A stretch of 64,000 bases of DNA, from positions 96,001 to 160,000 of the forward strand of contig CAWHCF010000020.1 in NCBI GenBank assembly GCA_963827655.1. Direction: 5' to 3'. Below, piece by piece: positions 56,470-64,000 of the stretch; position 1 is the stretch's first letter, and every line of letters starts with the position of its first letter. The notes below the pieces were generated by a model that was given only the letters and a program-made list of their open reading frames with translations, was not told the DNA's origin and did not search any database. Position numbers and translations under genes: made by a program. Origin of the DNA: an uncultured Acidobacteriota bacterium (GTDB lineage: Bacteria; Acidobacteriota; UBA6911).

Positions 56470-58869
56470 ATGCCCGCATACCGGGACCTTAAATTCGCGT
56501 TGCGCATTCTGGCCCGGCAGCCTGGCTTCAGCCTGATGGTGGTCGGGATGCTGGGGCTGGGGATCGCCGGAGCCAGTGCCATCTTCAGTCTCTACAATGG
56601 CCTGTTCCTCGCGCCGCTGCCGTTTCCGGAGGCGGAACGTCTGGTAGACCTGGATGAGGTTGCGCCCAAGTGGAATCTGGAATTCGTGGGCATTGCCTAC
56701 CAGGACTTCCACGTCTGGAGGACCCAGAACCGGACCTTTGAAGGAATGGCGGTCTGGGATGACGAGAGCTTCAACCTCTCCGGACTCGAGCGGCCCGAGC
56801 GGGTCGAGGGGGCGCGCGTGACCCACGATCTGCTGGCCGTGCTCCGGGTTCGACTCATGCTGGGGAGAGGCTTCCTGGCCGACGAGGATCGGCCCGGCGG
56901 GGCCAGGGTGGCGCTCATCGGCTACGGACTCTGGCAGCGGATATTCGGCGGCAAGGAGGACGTGCTGGGACAGAAGTTACAGCTCAACAGCGAGTCCTAC
57001 ACGATCGTGGGCGTTCTACCTCCGGAAGCGGTGCTGCCGGCTCGCGCGGAGTTGTGGATTCCGCTCGCAACCAGCACGGAGGAATACCGAGGCTGGTATC
57101 TCAGCGGTGTCGGCCGCCTGAAGGCGGACGCATCCATAGGACAGGCGCGCGACGATCTGACTCGGATTCACAGGGGAATGATCGAGACGCGCCAGGTGAA
57201 CGAGATCACATCGCCCAAGCTCCTGCCCCTGCGGGAGCGCTACCTTGGGAACCTGCGTCTGGTCACGATGGTCCTGCTGGCGGCGGTCGCAGCGATACTG
57301 CTGATCGCGTGTGTGAACATCGCCGGGCTGATGCTGGCCCGGGGAGCCGTGCGAACCCGGGAGCTTGGGATTCGGGCGGCGCTGGGCGCGTCGCGCGGAC
57401 GAATCGTGCGGCAGCTGTTGACCGAGAGCCTGGTCCTGTCGGCGGCCGGCGGAGTCCTGGGGGTTGCGCTGGGATCGGCAGCCTTGAAGTCTCTCGTCAC
57501 AATCATGCCCGACCAGCTGCCACGCTGGGTGCGCTTCAGCCTCGACACGCGGTTCCTGGTATTCTCGATCGGAGTCTCGGTGGCGGCCGCCGTGCTGTTC
57601 GGGCTATGGCCGGCGCTCGTGGCGTCCAGGGTCGATGTGCGAGGGGCGCTCCACGACGCCTCCGCAAGAGCATCCGCCTCGGCCGGGAGACGCCGGAGCT
57701 TGAATGCTCTGGTCGTGGGAGAAGTGGCGCTCGCCGTGGTCCTGCTGGTAGGCGCCGGGTTGCTGATCCAGGCGTTTATCAGGCTTCAGAAGGTAGATCC
57801 GGGTTTTCGGCCTCAGGGTGTGCTGATGTACCGGGTTTCGTTGCCCGAGGCAAAATACGGCAAGCCGGAACAGCGGCGCGCCTTCTTTCAACATCTGGTG
57901 GCGCGTCACCGGGCGATGCCCGGAGTGGAAGCGGCCGCGGCGATCAGCGCGCCGCCGCTCGGCGGTCACTGGGGGAATTTCTTCGACATCGAGAACGCGC
58001 CGCCGAGCAGGCCCAACGAGCAGGATCCGGTGGTGCTTGTGCGGATAGCCACACCGGGCTACTTCCGTGCTATGGGTGTGACGCTGCTGGGCGGGCGCGA
58101 CTTCACCGATGCCGACGGCCGGACGGAGGGATCGCAGGGGGCGATCGTGAATGAAAGCTTCGCGAAGCGGTTTTTCCCCGATACGGACCCGGTGGGGAAG
58201 CGGATTCGCTTTCGCGGCTCCCGGAATCCGTGGATGACGGTGCTCGGCCTGGCGAAGGACGTGAAACACTATGGAGTCGACCAGGAGATGCGCCCGGGCG
58301 TTTACCTGCCGCATACGCAAAATGCGTCGTCCGGCATGGCGATCGTCGCCCGGACCTCGGTCGAGCCTCTCAGCCTGGTGCCGGCTGCGCGCGATATCTT
58401 GCGCGCGATGGATCCTGAGATTCCCATGTTCCAGATCACGACCATGGCGCGGCGGCTCGAGGAGTCGTTGTGGATCCGGCGAGCCTATTCGTGGCTGCTG
58501 GCGGTATTTGCCGGTGTCGCGCTCCTGCTGGCGATCGCTGGCACTTATGGTGTGATTTCCTATACCGTGAGCAGCAGGACCAACGAGATCGGCATCCGCA
58601 TGGCCCTGGGGGCGCAGCCTGGCCAGTTGCTGCGCGAGGTCCTGGGGCAGGGAATGCTGCTTGCAGTTCTCGGTCTCGTGCTGGGCCTGGCTGGGGCATT
58701 CTGGTCGGCGCGGCTGATGGAGTCGCTGTTGGTCGGCTCGAGCGCAAAAGATCCGCTGACCTACGGCGCGGTGAGTCTGATACTGTTTCTGGCGGCGCTG
58801 GCGGCGAACTTCCTGCCGGCCCGGAGGGCTGCCGCCATCGATCCCATGACCGCCCTGCGATTTGAGTAG
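56470..58869 (+). CDS. ADOP-family duplicated ABC permease (MacB/FtsX-like)
   Basis: LLIACVNIAGL.LAR...RELGIRAALGASRGRIVRQLLTES; second FtsX half EIGIRMALGA; PARRA..IDPM.ALR.E. Confidence 0.93.
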   Translation: MPAYRDLKFALRILARQPGFSLMVVGMLGLGIAGASAIFSLYNGLFLAPLPFPEAERLVDLDEVAPKWNLEFVGIAYQDFHVWRTQNRTFEGMAVWDDESFNLSGLERPERVEGARVTHDLLAVLRVRLMLGRGFLADEDRPGGARVALIGYGLWQRIFGGKEDVLGQKLQLNSESYTIVGVLPPEAVLPARAELWIPLATSTEEYRGWYLSGVGRLKADASIGQARDDLTRIHRGMIETRQVNEITSPKLLPLRERYLGNLRLVTMVLLAAVAAILLIACVNIAGLMLARGAVRTRELGIRAALGASRGRIVRQLLTESLVLSAAGGVLGVALGSAALKSLVTIMPDQLPRWVRFSLDTRFLVFSIGVSVAAAVLFGLWPALVASRVDVRGALHDASARASASAGRRRSLNALVVGEVALAVVLLVGAGLLIQAFIRLQKVDPGFRPQGVLMYRVSLPEAKYGKPEQRRAFFQHLVARHRAMPGVEAAAAISAPPLGGHWGNFFDIENAPPSRPNEQDPVVLVRIATPGYFRAMGVTLLGGRDFTDADGRTEGSQGAIVNESFAKRFFPDTDPVGKRIRFRGSRNPWMTVLGLAKDVKHYGVDQEMRPGVYLPHTQNASSGMAIVARTSVEPLSLVPAARDILRAMDPEIPMFQITTMARRLEESLWIRRAYSWLLAVFAGVALLLAIAGTYGVISYTVSSRTNEIGIRMALGAQPGQLLREVLGQGMLLAVLGLVLGLAGAFWSARLMESLLVGSSAKDPLTYGAVSLILFLAALAANFLPARRAAAIDPMTALRFE

Positions 58870-58911
58870 GCGGCAACGTTACCAGCCGGCTGTTTGCGCG
58901 ACCATGCTGGG

Positions 58912-60207
58912 TCAGAACCCAAACTTATCCAGCAGGTCGATCACATGAGGTTCATTGTCACCGACAATACTGACCTTGCTGGCAAAGTCAGGGTTCGCAG
59001 CGAATAAGGCCGCCAGGCTGTGTTTCTTGGGAGACCAATCTTCTCTCACTTTTTTTGCCCGGTTCTTTTGTTTCTTCTTCTTCTCTTTATTCTGCTCTTT
59101 CTCCCAGTCTTGTTTGCGTCCCACGTCGATCTCTTCTACCGGATAGGTGAGATGGATGGTGTAGTCCTCGTCGCCACGAGCATTCAGCAACATTTCCAGC
59201 GACTCGCGCTCGGGATTGCCATGCTCGCCGTTACCTGAAAAGACATAGTGGCGGGCGATAATGCGTTCAAAAAAATCGTCGTCCAGGTTGTTTGAGCTGC
59301 CGTGGTGGGGGACCTTGAGCACGTCTACTTCCAGCGTGCCACCCTCTTCAACGAGACCTGTGAGCTCCAATCCTTGGAGAATCCTGTCGCCGCGCGCATC
59401 GCCGGTTAACAGTATGCGCTTGCCGCCAGCTTCCGCGAGCACGACGACGCTCGCCAGGTTGGGTACGGACTCATCCACGTAATCAGAAAGCACGTCCTCG
59501 GGTGTCTTGCCTGCTTTCTTAAGCTCCTTGAGCCAGGCCTGGTGCTTCTCATGGAGCTTCTTCAACTCGCGAAGCATCGGTCCAACTACCGTGAGACTCA
59601 GCCCATTCTCCATATCAATGGCTTCGGCCTTTGCTTGGGCAAGAATTAGTTCGCCACCAAATTCAGGATTTAAAGGGAATTTCAGCGTATTGACGTCGCT
59701 GCGCAACTGAGCGCCCTGAGCAATGCTCGCCAGAACTTTCATGGTGGAAACAACCGTCTCTTCGTCCTCATCCTCCACGTCCAGCGTAAGGTCCGGCGGA
59801 TCACCATCCATCGAGGCGGCACCGAATTGGCTCTTGAAAGACGCCGTCAACTCGTCAGGCGTATGGTCGATGAGATTCTCGAAGCTGTTGTGCCAGAAGC
59901 TGAACACTTGCACGAGCTGTGGCTTCTTGGCCTTCTGTGCAGTGACAAGTTCTTTCGTCAAATCAAGAATGCCCTGGATGTGATCATCATCGACATGGCT
60001 CACCATCAGCACATCAACCGGCAGCGGCTTGTTGTCCTCCAGCTTACGCGCCTTTCTGATTTGCCTGATTCGCGGTTTCAGGAACGGGTTATACACGCCC
60101 CGCGGCCCTCCATCGATCATCACAACGTGCGGATCGTCGGGAGAACCGTAGTGCAACATCAGGCAATCACCCTTGCGAGCCTTCATGACATCCAGACTGA
60201 ATAACAT
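58912..60207 (-). CDS. ComEC/Rec2-like MBL-fold metallohydrolase
   Basis: GDC...IDGGP; VSHVDDDHI.G; LLTGDA; KVPHHGS; SGNG.HGNP. Confidence 0.85.
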   Translation of the reverse strand: MLFSLDVMKARKGDCLMLHYGSPDDPHVVMIDGGPRGVYNPFLKPRIRQIRKARKLEDNKPLPVDVLMVSHVDDDHIQGILDLTKELVTAQKAKKPQLVQVFSFWHNSFENLIDHTPDELTASFKSQFGAASMDGDPPDLTLDVEDEDEETVVSTMKVLASIAQGAQLRSDVNTLKFPLNPEFGGELILAQAKAEAIDMENGLSLTVVGPMLRELKKLHEKHQAWLKELKKAGKTPEDVLSDYVDESVPNLASVVVLAEAGGKRILLTGDARGDRILQGLELTGLVEEGGTLEVDVLKVPHHGSSNNLDDDFFERIIARHYVFSGNGEHGNPERESLEMLLNARGDEDYTIHLTYPVEEIDVGRKQDWEKEQNKEKKKKQKNRAKKVREDWSPKKHSLAALFAANPDFASKVSIVGDNEPHVIDLLDKFGF

Positions 60208-60225
60208 GGTCGCTCTCCGTTCTTA

Positions 60226-60378
60226 GGGCTCGCGCAGAAATAGGTTTGCATTCTGCTGAGCTAGCAGAAACCGGTGGTCAATGATTGACCACGGATTCGT
60301 TCGCGCAGCTTAATAGAGCCCCCGGAGCTGAGGCACTAAGGGTAAGAGCAGAATGTGAAGTTATTTCTGCGCGAACCC
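60226..60378. mobile_element. MITE (same family) with TTA target duplication
   Basis: TTA|GGGCTCGCGCAGAAATAGG ... CAGAATGTGAAGTTATTTCTGCGCGAACCC|TTA. Confidence 0.8.
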
Positions 60379-62346
60379 TTAGATAGATTGAAAGGAACGC
60401 AGCACGTCGAGCATGCCATGCCCCTGGAAGCTGCGCTCCCTTCCGAGGTCGGTGGCGCTTTCACACAGGATGCGTTTTATGCGCCGCGGCTGGCCGATCA
60501 ACTCCGAATAACGAGCCATCAGCATCGCCGCTGCGCCACTGACATGCGGCGCCGCCATGCTGGTACCGTCGAGATCACCCCAGGCGCCGCCCAGATTGTG
60601 ATCGCCGGGAAATGGCGCCCGGATACGCTCACCTGGAGCAACGAGGTCCGGTTTAAGACGACCGTCGCCCGTTGGTCCGCGACTCGAGAAAAAGCTCACG
60701 CCGTATGTGTGCGGCCAGAATCGATGAGTGGCACCGACGGTGATAACGCCATCAGCGTTACCGGGATCGGTGATGCTGAAGGCGGCATAGCTGTCGTAGG
60801 CGCCCTCCTTCGTTTCAAAACTCTTGTAGCCGTGGTTGCCCGCGGCAGCCACAACAAAGACACCACTGGCTACGAGACGCTCGCATTCTTCGCAGATAGG
60901 CGTGCGACCGCAGGCAAAATTGCGTACGTCATGCGGGATCGACAGGCTCAGATTGGCTCCGTGTATGGTCAGGAAATTGTCCCGGTCATTCAGGTAACGG
61001 ATGAACTGCAGCGCAGCGATGATCGCAAACTCGGTTTCAGTGAGATCTGCCGCCAATACCCGGAAATCGTAGAGCATGATGTCCGGACACATCCCGTCGG
61101 CAAAGTCATCGTTATCGGCTCCCGCTCGGTCTTTCAGCGAGGCAACCACAGCGTTCTTGTTAGCGCCGATAATTCCTGCCACGTGTGTGCCGTGGTTGGT
61201 CCTGGTTTCGGTCTCAGGCTTGATTTCGACGAACCTTGCCACCAACTCCCAGTGAACGTCTCCGCGGGTGCGTGAGTCATCTGCCAATCGTTTCAGATCG
61301 GCATCAGGATTCTCAGGCGGCTTCAACAACTTCTTGCCGTTCTCGCCTGTAGTGAGGAACTCGACGTTCTGTTTCCCTGATCGCCTCTTTCGAATTGCTG
61401 AGACTGACGATCCGGCGAAAATTCTTGAAATCGAAACTGCGCTTGACGCGACTGACTGGGACGGCATCGGTGGTTCTGAAAGCCGGGTGATTTCCGTCGA
61501 TTCCTGAATCCAGCACCGCCCACCCAATTTCGCTGCAATTGACCTTGAAAAGCGTTGTGGCCGCATCCGCCTTGACCGCCGGAATCGAACGAGACAAGGC
61601 CGGCATCGCGCGCCGGTTGAGTGAAACCTGCCATACCAGCGGCTTGCGTGCCGGATCTGACAACATTTTTTCTGATAGATCGGAGAGCAGTCGCACCATC
61701 TCGTGTGGACTGGCGTTCTTCAGGATATAACGGATCAGGATCGTATGTCGTGGTTAAAGGATCTGCGGGAGGCGTGGGTTTTACCGGCCCAGAGAATCAG
61801 CCCCGTCAACGCGAGGAAGCGGGTCAGTGGCGGCATTTCCGGTAATCGCTCGTATCCGGTTTTCGAGTGCCAGCCCGATGCGGATTTTAGAATGCTCGTA
61901 AGGGCATCTTTTACGGCATCAGCATTGTAATCCTGGACCGCGTGTGTTTCCTTGGTACTGGTTCCCGCAACTGAGTTCGAGCCCTTCACCTTCTTCTTTG
62001 GCTTGGGCAGTTCGGATTTCCGCCATCTGGAAATCCACCAATTGGTCTTCGGAGCCACGACTCTCAACACCTCTTCGAAGGTAAGACGGGCTACGACAAT
62101 TCCCTGCAGGTAAGCAATGTTCGCGCGATCGTCATCACCCGTAACTCCTTCATCGATAATCGCGGCTACGGCGCCGGCATACTGGCCACGATAGGGCGCA
62201 ATCAGCAGATCCAAGCGCTCGTTTGGTGCCTGGCCAAACGCGACCCAGACATCTCCCAGGATCGGGGAGTCCTGAAGTTGTCGCCGGTCATCCAACGGGC
62301 CCAGGAGAACGAACTCAATCAGGGGGCTCGGGATTGGAATTGCCAT
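60379..62346 (-). CDS. S8 (subtilase) serine protease with N-terminal extension; frameshifts ~61760 and ~61375
   Basis: Triad VLDSGID, NHGTHVAGII, GTSMAAPHVSG; AAAGN oxyanion; no signal peptide; GGAGG RBS. Confidence 0.85.
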
Positions 62347-62451
62347 TTCTTACCTCCGCTACGTGAAGCCAATTCTAGTTAGAGGCTGGTACGAAGTTGC
62401 TGCGCCGAAAGTGCTCATTTCAGGATGTCCTCTGTTTTCTTGAGTTCTCTC

Positions 62452-62574
62452 AGGGTCACTTTACGCGCAGAAATAATTCGCACTACCAGGCCTCCAGGGC
62501 TTAGCTAACAGAAACCGGTTCATGATTGACCACCACTCTCGCGCCAGAATGTGAAGTCATTTCTGCGCGAGCCC
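62452..62574. mobile_element. degenerate MITE copy (reverse orientation relative to 52320)
   Basis: CGCGCAGAAATAA ... CAGAATGTGAAGTCATTTCTGCGCGAGCCC|TTA; shares internal AACCGGTTCATGATTGAC. Confidence 0.7.
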
Positions 62575-62718
62575 TTAGCTCGCGTTCGGAAGGCGGTACT
62601 TCAGGAGCTTTAGGCCGGGAATTATGTCCTAGAACGCAAGTTTCGACCAGACTTAGTTCGGGTCCCGATGCGTTCTTCGGGCAGCGTCGTCGCTACACCC
62701 GACGGTTCCATCGGTAGC

Positions 62719-62988
62719 TTACCGATACGCTTGCCTGCGATGGTCGGCGGCTGTCAAGGAGACGATCCGCCTCCGGTTGTCTATCTCATAGAAGAACCGC
62801 CATTGACCGACGCGGTAACGCCAGGTCGGCGGCTCCCAGTTCTTGAGGCGCTTTATGTTCGGTCTTTTTAGAGAATTGGGTAGTTGTGATCGCGAAGCTT
62901 GGACTCGATTCGCTTCTGCGCGACCGAGCCGAGTCCCGCTAGATCGGCCAGAAAGCGACGGGTCTCGAATATGCTAAACGATTCGGAC
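62719..62988 (-). pseudogene. RelE-family toxin, disrupted
   Basis: SESFSIFETRRFLADL...KLRDHNYPIL* then, in another frame, PNIKRLKNWEPPTWRYRVGQWRFFYEID...DHRRQAYR*. Confidence 0.75.
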
Positions 62989-63222
62989 GAACCGCCCCTT
63001 CCGCTTTCGGGCATCGCGGGACCCGGTCTTCAACCGTTTAATTAGCTCAGGCCGCGAGAGGATCTCGGCCATCTCGACGTCGTCGACGAAGCTGCTCTCC
63101 TCGATGTGCCGGAGCGCGGCAGTCTCTACCAGATTGGCAAGAGATCGGCGTTCGGCCTTTGCGGCTCGAACGAAAGTCTCGTACGTTTTGTCATCCAGTC
63201 GCATGGTTAGCGTCTTTGCCAT
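62974..63222 (-). CDS. CopG/RHH-type antitoxin
   Basis: MAKTLTMRLDD...AERRSLANLVETAAL...FVDDVEMAEI; GAGGGG RBS; precedes the RelE remnant. Confidence 0.78.
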   Translation of the reverse strand: MAKTLTMRLDDKTYETFVRAAKAERRSLANLVETAALRHIEESSFVDDVEMAEILSRPELIKRLKTGSRDARKRKGRFVRIV

Positions 63223-63488
63223 AGCCCTCAGCTGTCGTTTGTCTTCACTCTGAATATGAACGAATGCACTCCCCGGGGTCAAGGGGCGTCCTGCTCGAGC
63301 CAAGAACAGAGCCTTATGCTCGGCTCCCACGCGTTGAACCTCTCGATAACGCGGTGATATAGTCAGGCTGGACCACGCATCCCAGGTTTGAATCCCCCCG
63401 AACGAATTGACCTCTTGGGGTCTTGCTAGTCACAAAACACGCAAAGACGCCCGCTGTGGAACGTTTCTAAAGCCAGGAGGATCCTATC

Positions 63489-64000
63489 ATGCTTGCAAGC
63501 CGGTTCGCCTTCGGGTCAGTGGCAACCTGTATCCTGGGTTGCGCGCTGACATTTGGACAGATCAAGTCGGGCACCATCACCGGATCGGTCGAGGACACGA
63601 GCGGTGCGCGCATCCCGGGCGCGGAGGTTTCCGTTGTTGACCAGGGGACAAACCTCCTGATTCAGGTCGTGACCAACGACCGAGGAGAGTATGCGGTACC
63701 CTATCTCTCGCAGGGCGTCTATGCCGTCACCGTTTCCCTCTCGGGTTTTTCAACGTCGAAGCGTACGGACATTCGAGTCGACACCGCCCAGACTGTCCGC
63801 GTCGACGTGGTGCTTCAAGTCGGTGAAATAGGCACGACGGTCGAAGTCCGCTCCGAAACGGTTCAACTCCAGACCGAGGCCGCGACGGTCCAGAACGCGG
63901 TGGACGAGCGCCTGATTCAGGCGGTGCCGAACATCAATCGCAATCCTTTTTACTACGCCAGCCTGCAGGCAGGGGTTGTCCCCCGCTCCGGTTTCAACGA
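63489..64000 (+). CDS. TonB-dependent receptor, CarboxypepD_reg N-terminus (partial)
   Basis: AGGAGG RBS; MLASRF...GTITGSVED.SGA.IPGA.V...TNDRGEY.VPYL..G.Y...LQVG...VPNINRNPF. Confidence 0.85.
   Translation, partial: MLASRFAFGSVATCILGCALTFGQIKSGTITGSVEDTSGARIPGAEVSVVDQGTNLLIQVVTNDRGEYAVPYLSQGVYAVTVSLSGFSTSKRTDIRVDTAQTVRVDVVLQVGEIGTTVEVRSETVQLQTEAATVQNAVDERLIQAVPNINRNPFYYASLQAGVVPRSGFN

Noticed and set aside
56470-58869. ABC permease lacking an adjacent ATPase
   Set aside because: This is normal for the Acidobacterial ADOP family.

Overview
This is a GC-rich bacterial genomic window, most likely Acidobacteriota. The call rests on the ADOP-type duplicated permease, the DUF1553/DUF1501 pair, the CarboxypepD_reg TonB receptor start and the Tat-exported Gfo/Idh/MocA and TIM-barrel proteins. 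About 40 genes are visible, mostly secreted hydrolases, peptidases and oxidoreductases. About 11 genes are split by indels, which looks like uncorrected long-read error. No rRNA, tRNA or CRISPR array was seen. Highlights: (1) An unannotated minus-strand module at 33878-34478. It has an apparently leaderless Cys-rich secreted leader ORF ending ...NRVLRI*, whose last codons base-pair with the Shine-Dalgarno of a 38-aa secreted peptide (MRRAFLGLALVLTFFAASAFVSA-QSCCGSSCCGLGCCL), followed by a terminator-like hairpin. This is a candidate metal-responsive ribosome-stalling switch controlling a tiny hexa-cysteine peptide. (2) A Hanks Ser/Thr kinase fused in frame to a REC-LytTR response regulator in a LiaF/LytS operon. 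(3) An S8 protease plus ComEC-like MBL hydrolase pair, next to MITEs and a broken RelE TA module, which is a candidate defence system. (4) A 14-repeat DUF11 giant adhesin. (5) Several dispersed repeat families: a TAA/TTA-targeting MITE, 9-mer arrays and heptamer inverted arrays.
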